Shown: piece after piece, positions 29,274-39,274 of the stretch | Numbering within the stretch: position 1 is the stretch's first letter | How the letters are laid out: each line of letters opens with the position of its first letter | From: Deltaproteobacteria bacterium | Lineage (GTDB): Bacteria; Desulfobacterota_D; UBA1144; Nemesobacterales; CSP1-2 | DNA length: 64,000 nt | Assembly: GCA_016187835.1 (NCBI GenBank) | Contig: JACPIY010000079.1 | Coordinates: 394-64,393, forward strand | Reading direction: 5' to 3' | Translations under genes and position numbers: made by a program | The notes under the pieces: generated by a model | Told to the model about the DNA's origin: nothing | Databases searched by the model: none | Seen by the model: only the letters and a program-made list of their open reading frames with translations

Positions 29274-31523
29274 ATGTTAGACCAAAATCTTGGAGACTTC
29301 AGAGGGCAAAACCATGAACAAGCAGTTGCTGAATTCCGTGAACTAGACCAGAAATTAAATCGTCTATCCGCATATCTAGTAATTGAGAAAGCAAATTTAC
29401 GCAAACCACGAGACCTTTTCATACAGGCGCGCGATACTGAAGTAGCCGTTCTCAAACAAGAAGGCGCGAAGAGAAGGCGCCATTTGCCTATCCGCCGTCT
29501 TTTCGAGAGGATTCCAAATCTATTAACTCGCCTTAAACCATGCTTGTTCATGAGCCCACTTTCAGTAAGTCAATTTCTCCCCTCAACAGTGCTTAAGTTT
29601 GATCTAGTAGTCTTTGATGAGGCTTCTCAGATTTGTACAGAGGACGCTGTAGGATCCATCTACCGCGGACATCAACTAGTCGTTGCCGGAGATAACAAAC
29701 AATTACCGCCTACTGCTTTTTTCCAACAGGGAATCGCAGAAGAGTACGATTGGGATGATATTGGTGATGAAGAATTTGCAATCTTTGAAAGCATTCTCGA
29801 CCAATGTAAATCGATAGGTCTACCTGAAAAGATGCTCAGGTGGCACTATCGCAGTAAACATGAGTCTTTAATCGCCTTTTCCAATAGACGATTTTACTTA
29901 GATAGGTTGATTACATTCCCATCTTGCCGACTTAGGCATGAAACTCTGGGTATCAAGTTTTATTATGTTCCTGATGGCGTATATGACAGGGGTGTTAAAA
30001 GAAACAACCCTCGGGAAGCACAAGTCGTTACAGACTTGGTCTTTGATCATTTGCGTCAATACCCAACTAAAACACTCGGAATTGTAGCTTTTAACTTACA
30101 ACAAATGACTACTATAGAAGATGAGATTGAGCTACGCCTAAGGGCTCAGCCTGAATTCGAACAATTTTTTAAGGAGGATCGACTTGAGGGGTTTTTTGTT
30201 AAGAATTTGGAGAACGTGCAAGGTGACGAACGGGATGTCATCATCTTCAGTATAGGGTATGGATATGACCAGAATAAACGAATCACCATGAATTTTGGTC
30301 CACTGAATAAAGCTGGGGGGGAGCGTAGGCTTAATGTTGCCGTAACCCGTGCACGTGAGAAGGTTAAACTTGTCAGTTCAATCAGGGCATCAGATATTGA
30401 CTTGAACGCTACTCAAGCTGCTGGTGTACTAAATCTATATCACTATTTGGATTATGCTGAACGAGGATTATCAGCACTGGAACTTTCGCACCCTCAGGGC
30501 TCAGGTGAGTACGAATCACCACTTGAGGAGGACATTGCTAATGAAATTAGGCAATTGGGCTATCAAGTTATACCCCAAGTGGGTTGTAGTGGCTACCGAA
30601 TTGATTTAGGTGTAATTAATCCAACTGAACCAGGCCACTTTTTATTAGGAGTGGAATGCGATGGAGCAACCTATCACTCCGCTTACACCGCGAGAGACCG
30701 AGATCGGCTTAGACAACAAGTGCTAGAAGCGTTTGGCTGGCGCATACATAGGATATGGTCACCCGATTGGATAAGCAAACGAGACTCAGAGTTAAAAAAA
30801 CTCAAGCAAGCTATTGAGGATGCGAGACAGCATATTTTACATCATTTCAAAAGTGAAAATCCTGACTCGGAATACAGAGCAATCCAAACCTTTAACTTCC
30901 AAATAGAAACGCAGATAGTTAAGCTTCAACCCGATGAGAAAACCGGAATTCTGGCTGAAACGATTCCATATAAAGTTTGTAAACTTAAACCCAGTAGCAA
31001 GATTGGGTCAGAATTTCACCTTCCTCAACATAGACAAGAGCAAAGCCAACTCATCGCAAAGTTGGTAGAACAAGAGGGACCAGTTCATATCCAATACGCG
31101 GCACGTAGGTTAATTAGTGCATGGGGATTAGGACGGATGGGCCCGCGAGTTGTGAAAGCTATCAAAGAAGCTGTGAAACTCTGCCAGAAAGAAGGTACCT
31201 TGAAAAGAGAAGGAAAGTTTTTATGGCCACCGCACGTTACAAAGGTATCTGTACGAGTTCCAGTTGACGGCGTTCCAGAGACGTTTAGAGCGATTGAGCA
31301 CATCCCCACCGAAGAGATTAAAGATGCGATGCTTATTATAATTCGGCATGGCCTTAGTATTAGCGTTGAATCCCTTCTAATAGAAACAGCGAGAATCTTT
31401 GGGTTTAACAGAACCGGAGACAACATTAGAAAGGAATTACTAAAGGTATTCAAAGAATTACTGGAAGAAGGTATGATCGTCCAGAGTGGCGGTTTCGTAG
31501 CTCTAAGAACAAACAAGACATAG
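29274..31523 (+). pseudogene. Fragment 4 (helicase motifs II-VI, Vsr/DUF559-like nuclease, DUF3320)
   Basis: Same frame as fragment 3. 'GIY*AWVDRFYMLDQNLGDF' reads through the TAG. Confidence 0.55.
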
Positions 31524-31624
31524 AATTTATGAAACATTACCTTGCTTGACAACTTACTTACAACTAGCAGTCCATTACCAACTTATACCGTAATTAGTTC
31601 AGCACTTTTTTGCAATAGTTAAAT

Positions 31625-32545
31625 TCACTTTCCAAGCACATCATTCCTTTCTCCACGGAATAAGACCAGGAAAACAACACCGATTATTATCCCTGCTCCT
31701 CCGATCAATTTTATAAAAGATGGCAGGTCGTCAAAGATGAAAAAGGAGAAAAGAATTACGAAAAGAGATTCCATAGGCATCACCGCAGTTGAACGGGAAA
31801 CATCGAGAAGCTTGATTGACTGAAACTGGCATGCCTTTGCGATATACGCCCCAGTTAGACCTCCGAAAGCCATTAGCACCAGGTCCGTTAATCCAGGAAT
31901 CTGAAATCTTCCGGTTATTACTAAATATATGAAAGCTACTATCGCTACTCCAAGGGCCCTTAAATTGGCGACGGTCAGCATATTCAGGTCCTGAGCGATT
32001 TTTTTAACAAGGAAAGACAGGAGCGAGTAGAAAAAAGCAGAAAGAAGAGCCATTAGCGTTCCAAAAATCAAATAACCTTCTCTCTGATAGGCAACAATTA
32101 TACCACCTGCAATCGTAACTATTATTCCCACAGTTTCTCCTTTATTTAATCTCTCACCCAGGAAAATAATTCCTAATAACAACGAAAAAAGGGTTTGAGA
32201 TTTCATAAGAAATGAGGTGAGAGGAGGGCCTATAGTTCTCAGAGAGAAAATCCAGAGAGCGGCGCCTACGGCGGTTACTATAGAGCTGAGGATAAATATA
32301 GTTGTGTATTTTTTTAGTTGTCTTAGCTCACTTCTCTGCGAGCGAAACATCATTACTGCGAATATCGAAAAAAAGAATGCCCCAAAGAACCAGTAAAAGG
32401 TCACAGTCTCAGGGTTTAGATCTTTGTTTACTGCCTTCCCAAACACATAAGAGAGAGCAGTAAAGAAGGCAGTGCTCACCAAAAACAAATAACCTTTTAG
32501 AGGAAATTTGTTTGTTTTTACCCCCAGCTTTAGTAATTCACTCAT
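31625..32545 (-). CDS. DMT-superfamily (EamA-like) transporter
   Basis: Ten predicted TM helices with the two-EamA-repeat pattern. Confidence 0.7.
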   Translation of the reverse strand: MSELLKLGVKTNKFPLKGYLFLVSTAFFTALSYVFGKAVNKDLNPETVTFYWFFGAFFFSIFAVMMFRSQRSELRQLKKYTTIFILSSIVTAVGAALWIFSLRTIGPPLTSFLMKSQTLFSLLLGIIFLGERLNKGETVGIIVTIAGGIIVAYQREGYLIFGTLMALLSAFFYSLLSFLVKKIAQDLNMLTVANLRALGVAIVAFIYLVITGRFQIPGLTDLVLMAFGGLTGAYIAKACQFQSIKLLDVSRSTAVMPMESLFVILFSFFIFDDLPSFIKLIGGAGIIIGVVFLVLFRGERNDVLGK

Positions 32546-32586
32546 GTATAGTTTGCCGTTTATGAGTATTTAGCTACAGATAAAAC

Positions 32587-32650
32587 GATGCAAGATGCAG
32601 GATGCAAGATACAGGATAAATCGTGCATCATGAATCATGAATCATGAATC
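32587..32650. repeat. Dispersed heptamer-tandem intergenic element, copy B
   Basis: 'gatgcaa gatgcag gatgcaa gatacag gat aaatcgtg catcatg aatcatg aatcatg aatc'. Its 3' part supplies the last codons and stop of the BASS gene. Confidence 0.6.
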
Positions 32651-33579
32651 CGAGTATTGTCACTCTTTCTCCACCACCACGCCAACACCGAGCCTGATAT
32701 GTTATGCCATACACTAAACATAGCAGACGGGAGTGCCGCAAGCGCTCCGAAATGCGCTTTCGCAAGTGCCACACCAAGCCCTGAGTTCTGCATCCCGACC
32801 TCTATTGATACTGCCCTAGCCTTGAAATCATCCATCCCCAATAGCTTTGCAATATAAAAACCGAGAGCAAGCCCTATCACGTTATGAAGCATAACTGCAA
32901 GGCCAGTTTTGAGACCGACTTTTCCAATCGTCCCGGCGTTTGACGCAACTATTACCCCCACAATAAAGATAATGGTAACCGAAGAAACCATGGGAAGAAT
33001 CTCGATTGCGGTTTTAACCTTCTCTTTAAACAAGCTTCTTACGCCAAGCCCAAGCGCCACGGGAATAAGGATAATTTCGAATGTAGAAATAAACAGCTTT
33101 AGAACAGGCACAGGAATCCAATGCCCGGCAAGAATATAGGTAAGGAGGGGAGTGAGAACTGGAGAAAGTATCGTAGATACGGATGTCATGGTTACTGAAA
33201 GAGCAACATCTCCTCTTGCCAGATAAGTTATTACATTCGAAGCAGTACCTCCCGGACACGAACCCACAAGCACAACACCGGCTGCAATAAGGGGTTCAAG
33301 CCCCAGAACCTTTGCAAGAGCAAAACCTGTAAAAGGCATAATCCCATACTGAGCCACAAAACCTGCCGCCACGTCCTGGGGCCTTAAGATCACCCTTTTA
33401 AAGTCCGCTCCGGTAAGGGTTATTCCCATACCGAACATTATTACCCCTAGGGCAGGAGTGATGAGATAAGCTAATTTTGCAAAAGTTTCAGGATACGTAT
33501 AGGCAAGAATTGAAAATCCAATTATCCAGAATGTGAAATAATTTGTAAAGACGGTGTTTAGGGACTTGAGAGCTTTCAA
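32635..33579 (-). CDS. Bile acid:sodium symporter (BASS/SBF) family transporter
   Basis: 'LGVIMFGMGITLTGADF...LVGSCPGGTASNVITYLARGDVALSV' is an SBF signature. Confidence 0.7.
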   Translation of the reverse strand: MKALKSLNTVFTNYFTFWIIGFSILAYTYPETFAKLAYLITPALGVIMFGMGITLTGADFKRVILRPQDVAAGFVAQYGIMPFTGFALAKVLGLEPLIAAGVVLVGSCPGGTASNVITYLARGDVALSVTMTSVSTILSPVLTPLLTYILAGHWIPVPVLKLFISTFEIILIPVALGLGVRSLFKEKVKTAIEILPMVSSVTIIFIVGVIVASNAGTIGKVGLKTGLAVMLHNVIGLALGFYIAKLLGMDDFKARAVSIEVGMQNSGLGVALAKAHFGALAALPSAMFSVWHNISGSVLAWWWRKSDNTRIHDS

Positions 33580-33689
33580 GATTTTCTTTTTAGGGACGAA
33601 TTTCTATTGAAGCGAAAAACTACATAAGATTTTACGGGGTGTCAATCAGTTTGGTCGGATTTATTGGGACACAAGAAGCTAAAAACAAA

Positions 33690-34112
33690 TCACTTCTTCT
33701 CTGGAGGAGGTTGCACTACGGCTATTGCGAGTTTGGAAAAGCCATGGGTTCTTACTGTATCCATTAACTCAACTACTTTGCCATGCGGGACGGAATCATC
33801 AGCCCGGATTATTACGAGGGATTCCTTATTCTGATTTTTTCTCAGGGTCTCAGAAAGTCCTTCCAAAGTGGTGGTTTTGTCATTAAGATATAGTTTCCCG
33901 TCTTTTGTTAGATTAATAGTAAGTTGCTCAGTTTTTACAGGTTCGGCAGAAGCAGCCTTTGGAAGTTTTATGTTTATACCGCCCGAGGTTGCCGCAAAGC
34001 TCAGAGAAAGGGCAAAAAATATAAGAAGATTAAAGACCGTATCAACTATTGGTGTAATATCAAGCGCTGCACCTAACCCGCTTTTATTTCCATTCTCTTT
34101 TCTAAACCTCAT
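33690..34112 (-). CDS. exbD: ExbD/TolR biopolymer transport protein
   Basis: Single TM and periplasmic domain. 'INLTKDGKLYLNDK...LVIIRADDSVPHGKVVELMDTV'. Confidence 0.75.
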   Translation of the reverse strand: MRFRKENGNKSGLGAALDITPIVDTVFNLLIFFALSLSFAATSGGINIKLPKAASAEPVKTEQLTINLTKDGKLYLNDKTTTLEGLSETLRKNQNKESLVIIRADDSVPHGKVVELMDTVRTHGFSKLAIAVVQPPPEKK

Positions 34113-34765
34113 CTTGCAATATCCCTCGGTTTCTCTTTTTTATCGCTGACAAGAAGCACCTCTTCCATTATTCTTCTTCCTTCTTCTTCCATTTCAGATA
34201 TAAGATTATCTGCTTTTCCCAATGTGTACTTATATGCTATATAGGCGGGAATTGCGACCAAAAGTCCAAATGCCGTTGTGTAAAGCGCCTCGGATATCCC
34301 GCCGGCAAGGCTGGGTGGATTTACTATTGTCTGTTCGGATATAACTTTAAATATCTTTATCATTCCAGAGATCGTTCCGAGGAGTCCAAGGAGGGTGCTC
34401 ACGTTGCTTATAGCACCTAGTCCTTCTATATACCGTCCGACCTCTTGTGCCTCCTTTCGACCTACAACTTCTATTTCTTCTTTCAGTTCTTCCTTAAATT
34501 TATTCGAGTTTTCTATTGCGGCAAGTGCGATTCTTGCAATCGAAGAACCATTTGTACGAGAAATGACCGTGGCCTCTGGGATCTTTCCCTGAGAAAGAAA
34601 CCCATAAAGATCATTAAGAAATTGCTCCGGAATTATTCTTTGAACCCTGAGCGTCCACATTTTCTGGAGAAATATCGAAAGCCCTACGACAGAGCAGAGA
34701 AGGATAGGATACATAAAAACCCCACCCTTTTTCATAAATTCAACAACACTGCTGTCCCAAATCAT
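34109..34765 (-). CDS. exbB: MotA/TolQ/ExbB proton-channel protein
   Basis: Three TM segments. 'LGLLGTISGMIKIF' motif. 4-nt overlap with exbD. Confidence 0.75.
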   Translation of the reverse strand: MIWDSSVVEFMKKGGVFMYPILLCSVVGLSIFLQKMWTLRVQRIIPEQFLNDLYGFLSQGKIPEATVISRTNGSSIARIALAAIENSNKFKEELKEEIEVVGRKEAQEVGRYIEGLGAISNVSTLLGLLGTISGMIKIFKVISEQTIVNPPSLAGGISEALYTTAFGLLVAIPAYIAYKYTLGKADNLISEMEEEGRRIMEEVLLVSDKKEKPRDIAR

Positions 34766-34950
34766 TAAAGCCTCCGCTTCTAAACGAAAATGAAATACTA
34801 TGCAAGTTCAATCGAACAAAACATAAGTTTCCTATTTGATTAAATAGAATATACGTGGTGTGTAACCAGGTCAACAAATTATTACTTTGACTATTTCTTT
34901 TAGCAGGTTCTTTAAAACAGTTAAATAGGGTATTTAAAAAGTATTAGTCT

Positions 34951-36210
34951 TTATCTTAAGCGATCGGGAATAACTTCACCCCGAATCAAATCCTCATATT
35001 TTTCCCTTTCCCTTACTACAAAAAATTCCCCTCCTCTTACTATGACCTCAGGAACCCGAGGACGGGTGTTATAGTTAGAAGACATGACAAACCCATAAGC
35101 GCCGGCACTCAGAATTACAAGATGGTCATCCTTTTTTACCTTAGGAAGACGCCTATCTTTTGCAAAAAAATCTCCTGACTCACAAATGGGTCCCACTATA
35201 TCCACAATTTCATCATCCCCAAGGCTCTTATCCACTGTAAGGATCTCATGGTAAGAATCGTAGAATGCGGGGCGGATTAAATCATTCATCGCAGCATCCA
35301 CTACGACAAAATTCTTAGACTTTCCTCCTTTTAGATAAAGCACTTTTGTTAGAAGGGCTCCCGCATTTCCCACAAGCGACCTTCCAGGTTCTAGGATGAG
35401 TCCGTATGAGTTATCCATTTCTTTCATTATGATATCCGCATACCCCTTTGGATGGGGTGGACTATCCTCTTTCTTATACTTTATTCCGAGTCCTCCTCCA
35501 ATATCAATATATTGGATGTTTATCCCTTCTTTCCTTAGAACGTCGGCGAGTTTAACCAGTTTCCTCACGGATTCCATAAAAGGCGAGAGATCAAAAATCT
35601 GAGAACCTATGTGAGCGTCTAACCCTACAATCTCAATTCCCTCCATGCCCGCGGCCTTTTTATAAACTTCTACCGCCCTGTCAATTTCAATGCCAAATTT
35701 GCTTTTCTTAAGTCCAGTAGAAATGTAAGGGTGAGTTTTTGGGTCAATATCTGGATTTACTCTAAGTGCGATCCTCGCCTTTTTGCCTAATCCTTTTGCA
35801 ACCCCATTTAGCACATAAAGCTCCTCTATAGACTCTATATTAAAGAACAGAATTTCTGCCTCAATTGCGGCTTTCATTTCTTCTTCCGTTTTACCAACTC
35901 CTGAGAAGACAATCTTTGACGGGTCTCCATCAGCACGCAAGACTCGGATTAATTCTCCACCTGAGACAATATCAAATCCGGCTCCCAGCTTTGCAAAGGT
36001 CTTTAAAACTGAAAGGTTTGAATTTGCCTTTACCGAGTAGCATATGAGAGGGTCTATTCTGGAAAATGCATCACGCAAAACGTTAAAATTCTCGACTAAA
36101 GTCGAATAACTGTAGATATAACAAGGAGTACCAACAGCTTGCGCAATTTCTTTTAACGAAACATCTTCTACGTAGAAATCGTTATCCTTGTACCCAAAAC
36201 GATACTGCAT
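34951..36210 (-). CDS. lysA: Diaminopimelate decarboxylase
   Basis: PLP-dependent fold III. 'YSVKANSNLSVL', 'HIGSQI', 'ESGD' motifs. Confidence 0.9.
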   Translation of the reverse strand: MQYRFGYKDNDFYVEDVSLKEIAQAVGTPCYIYSYSTLVENFNVLRDAFSRIDPLICYSVKANSNLSVLKTFAKLGAGFDIVSGGELIRVLRADGDPSKIVFSGVGKTEEEMKAAIEAEILFFNIESIEELYVLNGVAKGLGKKARIALRVNPDIDPKTHPYISTGLKKSKFGIEIDRAVEVYKKAAGMEGIEIVGLDAHIGSQIFDLSPFMESVRKLVKLADVLRKEGINIQYIDIGGGLGIKYKKEDSPPHPKGYADIIMKEMDNSYGLILEPGRSLVGNAGALLTKVLYLKGGKSKNFVVVDAAMNDLIRPAFYDSYHEILTVDKSLGDDEIVDIVGPICESGDFFAKDRRLPKVKKDDHLVILSAGAYGFVMSSNYNTRPRVPEVIVRGGEFFVVREREKYEDLIRGEVIPDRLR

Positions 36211-36527
36211 TTTTAACGTTCTCCTTTTGCAGCTTAACTATTTGACCGCTAATAGACAGGACTAGGTATTAGGTTTTCAGTGACAACAATTAAGTTAAAA
36301 CCTAACAGGCAACACCTCAAACCTAATCCAACAATGTCAATTGGCTTCGTGTTGTGGTTCCTGCAATCCCCCTCTTAAACGCTATAACAAATCCTAGCAC
36401 CTGGCCTCTCAGTGAACTCACGACGAAAACCGACTATAGCCTGCGATTTCGCGGCTTAAGACCTTCGAATTATATTATATTTATCAGAAAAGTTAAACAA
36501 AGGGAATCTATATAATAAAAAAGAATC

Positions 36528-36642
36528 GGGGCAGCTACCTACTTTCCCACTCCCGTACGGGAGCAGTATCATGGGCCTTGAAGAGCTTAACTTCCGGGTT
36601 CGGAATGGGACCGGGTGTTTCCTCTTCAGTATAGCCACCCAG
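36528..36642 (-). rRNA. rrf: 5S ribosomal RNA (stand-alone copy)
   Basis: Minus strand 'UCUGGGUGGCUAUACUGAAGAGGAAACACCCGGUCCCAUUCCGAACCCGGAAGUUAAGCUCUUCAAGGCCCAUGAUACUGCUCCCGUACGGGAGUGGGAAAGUAGGUAGCUGCCCC' matches the bacterial 5S consensus: helix I ends pair, 'CCGAAC...GGAAGUUAAG' loop, 'GGGAGUGGGAAAGUAGG'. Confidence 0.75.
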
Positions 36643-36731
36643 ATTCGGGTATAAAATTTAACTGAGTGTAAAAATATGTCAAGCCCCATTACAGTTGAAA
36701 TATATTCTTAAAAATGCTTTAATTTACCCTT

Positions 36732-37598
36732 ATGGAAGAACTTATAAACAAATTTATTGGAGCACTTGACAGAAGAGAAACAACCAAAGAGACTTATCTC
36801 AAAGCCCTTCGAGAGTTTGCCAAGTGGCTGGGAAAAAGCACTCCTTTAATACTGACCTCCCACGATATTCAACTTTATAAGGAATTTCTGGCTTCTAAGA
36901 ATCTATCTCCAACCTCGCTTTCCACCTACCTTACGGCTGTTAGGAGATTCTACTACTATCTAATTTCAGTAGATATGGTCACCGAAAACCCCGCGAAGAA
37001 AATTAGAGGAAGCGGAAGACCACAAAGGCATCTTAGAGATCCACTATCTCATGATGAAGTAAAAAATCTGCTGGATGCGATTGATCCGTCCTCTTCAGTA
37101 GGACTCAGAGACTGGGCAATGGTAAACTTTATGGTAAGGTGTGGCCTTAGCGAAATAGAAATCGTAAGGGCAAATGCTGGCGATATAAAAGTTAAGGGGG
37201 GTAAGCAGGTGATCTTTGTTCAGGGAAAAAGCAAAGATAAGAAAGACGAATATGTAATACTTACACCTTCCGCACGAGAAGCACTTGAAAAATATCTTGA
37301 AGGCAGAGGGAAAACCAATGAAGATGAACCATTATTTTGTGGTGTAGGAAATAGGGCGAAAGGAGAAAGAATAACAACCCGTGCGATAAGGGAGAGGGTG
37401 AATTATTATCTTAACCTTGCGGGACTTAAAAGAAAGGGGATAACTCCATATAGCCTTCGACACACAGCAGCACTTCTTGCAATCGAAAGCGGAGCAGCAG
37501 TTTCAGAAGTAAAACAAATGCTTCGTCATAAAACAATTGATTCTACTCTAGTTTACTTTGAAGAATCAGAGGAATTAAAGAGAAAAGATAAAATATAA
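36732..37598 (+). CDS. Tyrosine site-specific recombinase (XerC/XerD-like)
   Basis: SAM-like N-domain ('TKETYLKALREFAKWL'). Catalytic domain with 'R...HTAALLAIESGA...LRHKTIDSTLVY' (R-H-R-Y residues). Confidence 0.75.
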   Translation: MEELINKFIGALDRRETTKETYLKALREFAKWLGKSTPLILTSHDIQLYKEFLASKNLSPTSLSTYLTAVRRFYYYLISVDMVTENPAKKIRGSGRPQRHLRDPLSHDEVKNLLDAIDPSSSVGLRDWAMVNFMVRCGLSEIEIVRANAGDIKVKGGKQVIFVQGKSKDKKDEYVILTPSAREALEKYLEGRGKTNEDEPLFCGVGNRAKGERITTRAIRERVNYYLNLAGLKRKGITPYSLRHTAALLAIESGAAVSEVKQMLRHKTIDSTLVYFEESEELKRKDKI

Positions 37599-37687
37599 AA
37601 ATCTATTCGGCTATTTGCTTTGATTCAGAAAACTGACAAGCCAGCTAAAGAAGAGAAGATTAAATCCGAAATTTAGCTATTCTTCTT

Positions 37688-39274
37688 CTAAACAAAACTC
37701 TTTATTGGATAAACTCTACCTGCGCGTTTTAACTTTTTTATTGCTTTTACTTCGATTTGCCTGATTCTTTCTCTCGTCACCTGAAATTCCTGACCCACTT
37801 CTTCAAGTGTATGCTCTCTTTCCCTATCTATGCCAAAGCGAAGCCTTACTATACTCTCCTCCCTGGTGTTAAGAACCGAATAGAGGGCATCTTTTATTAT
37901 CTGCTTGAGTTCTTTCATTTCAAGAACTTGAAGCGGGGATGTCGTGTTTATATCCTGTATAAAATCAATAAGTTTACTATCTTCCTCATCCCCGATCGGA
38001 GTCTCTAGAGAAATCGGATCCTTTGCAATTCTAAGAATCCTTGTAACTTTGTCAATCGGCATACCAACTCTCTTCGCTATTTCTTCAGGGAAAGGCTCAC
38101 GCCCCAGTTCTTGTACAAGAAGCCTCGATACTCTTATAAGTCTGTTTATAGTCTCTGTCATATGAACTGGAATTCTTATTATTCTTGACTGATCCGCAAG
38201 AGACCGGGTTATCGCCTGCCTTATCCACCATGTAGCATAGGTAGAAAACTTGTATCCTCTGTTATATTCAAACTTATCAACAGCACGCATAAGCCCCATG
38301 TTTCCCTCCTGAATCAAATCCAAAAAAGGAAGACCACGGTTAATATATCTTCTTGCTATGCTAACAACGAGCCGCAGATTAGATTCAATCAATCTCTTTC
38401 TCGCTCTGTAAGCTCTCTCCTCTCCAGCCTCGATTTTATCTAGAGACTTTTTAAGTTTCTGAACATTATCTCCAGCTTCTTTTATAAGACCATGGAGTTT
38501 CTTTTTTAGACTACTTCCTGTTTCCAGCGTTGCAGATCTACCATGCTTTTGAGATTCCTTAAATTCTTTTCGGATTTCGCTTATCTGGTTTATGTAACTT
38601 TTAACAACAGAAAGAATTTTATCCATCTGATTTTTATTTAGATTTATTTGTTCTAAAGAAGAAATAATCTTTTCGTTGTTTTCCTTTATCTTTTGTCTTA
38701 GAGATACTCTGCTTTCCATTGGTGACTTGCTAAGATTTTTCTTTATTTTTCCGTTAGCCAGATATAGTTTTTTAATCTCATTTATAGACCGCTTTATTCC
38801 GAGAAGTACTTCCTCCTCTCCTACATCATCCGACTCGTCATCAAGGGTGTTTGTTATATCTCTTACGTTGAGTGTGCCCTTTTTTAATTTTTCACCAAGA
38901 TTAATCACCTCTCTAAGCATTAAAGAGGAACTAAGTATCGCTCTTGCCACCATCATTTTTCCTATCTCAATCTCTTTTGCTATCTGAATCTCTTCTTCTC
39001 TCGTTAGAAGTGAATGACAAGCTATTTCATGGAGATAGTATCTTATTAAATCATATTCACTCAGGCTCTGACCGTTTGTATTAAAATCCTTTGGGGGAGA
39101 CAGTGTCTCTTCCGCTTTATCGTCTTGGTCATAATCCTTTTCATATATTCTCTCTTCAGGAAACTCCTCTTTTTCTTCTTCGTCCCCGAAAGAATCGCTA
39201 AGCAATGGGTCTGCAATGCTATCTTCTTCTCCCTCAGTTTCAAAGTGATACTCATCTTTTTTCTTAATCTTCAT
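37688..39274 (-). CDS. rpoD: RNA polymerase sigma-70 factor RpoD
   Basis: Acidic region 1.1. Region 2 '[13 protein letters not shown]'. Region 4 helix-turn-helix. Overlaps the dnaG stop (ATGA). Confidence 0.9.
   Translation of the reverse strand: MKIKKKDEYHFETEGEEDSIADPLLSDSFGDEEEKEEFPEERIYEKDYDQDDKAEETLSPPKDFNTNGQSLSEYDLIRYYLHEIACHSLLTREEEIQIAKEIEIGKMMVARAILSSSLMLREVINLGEKLKKGTLNVRDITNTLDDESDDVGEEEVLLGIKRSINEIKKLYLANGKIKKNLSKSPMESRVSLRQKIKENNEKIISSLEQINLNKNQMDKILSVVKSYINQISEIRKEFKESQKHGRSATLETGSSLKKKLHGLIKEAGDNVQKLKKSLDKIEAGEERAYRARKRLIESNLRLVVSIARRYINRGLPFLDLIQEGNMGLMRAVDKFEYNRGYKFSTYATWWIRQAITRSLADQSRIIRIPVHMTETINRLIRVSRLLVQELGREPFPEEIAKRVGMPIDKVTRILRIAKDPISLETPIGDEEDSKLIDFIQDINTTSPLQVLEMKELKQIIKDALYSVLNTREESIVRLRFGIDREREHTLEEVGQEFQVTRERIRQIEVKAIKKLKRAGRVYPIKSFV

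Larger units (their letters stand above)
24848..31523 (+). pseudogene. Giant (~2,220-codon) DUF4011 – SF1 Upf1/DNA2-like helicase – Vsr/DUF559-like PD-(D/E)xK nuclease – DUF3320 gene, disrupted by two frameshifts and one in-frame TAG
   Basis: Four collinear same-strand ORFs. (1) 24848-25354 is DUF4011 ('RNRLIYFKRTKGSTL'), continuing in frame 1 as 'NFYLALGIWEWKE...PLVLVPVEL'. (2) 25504-27900 carries Walker A 'LHGPPGTGKSQTI'. (3) 27933-29252 is a repetitive linker. (4) 29274-31523 carries 'VVFDEASQ', 'GDNKQLPPT', 'ECDGATYHS...DRDRLRQQVLEAFGWRIHRIW' and a DUF3320-like tail. Lesions: +1 shift near 25330-25345, shift within 27762-27900, and in-frame TAG at 29250-29252. Confidence 0.6.

Noticed and set aside
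36240-36527. Possible lysine riboswitch in the ~320-nt lysA leader
   Set aside because: Only a loose 'GAGAGGCCAGGTGC' resemblance to the L-box 5' consensus. Conserved helices could not be reconstructed.
36732-37598. Integrase as a sign of prophage
   Set aside because: There are no phage structural or replication genes nearby. The size and motifs fit a Xer-type recombinase. Flanks are housekeeping genes (lysA, rpoD).
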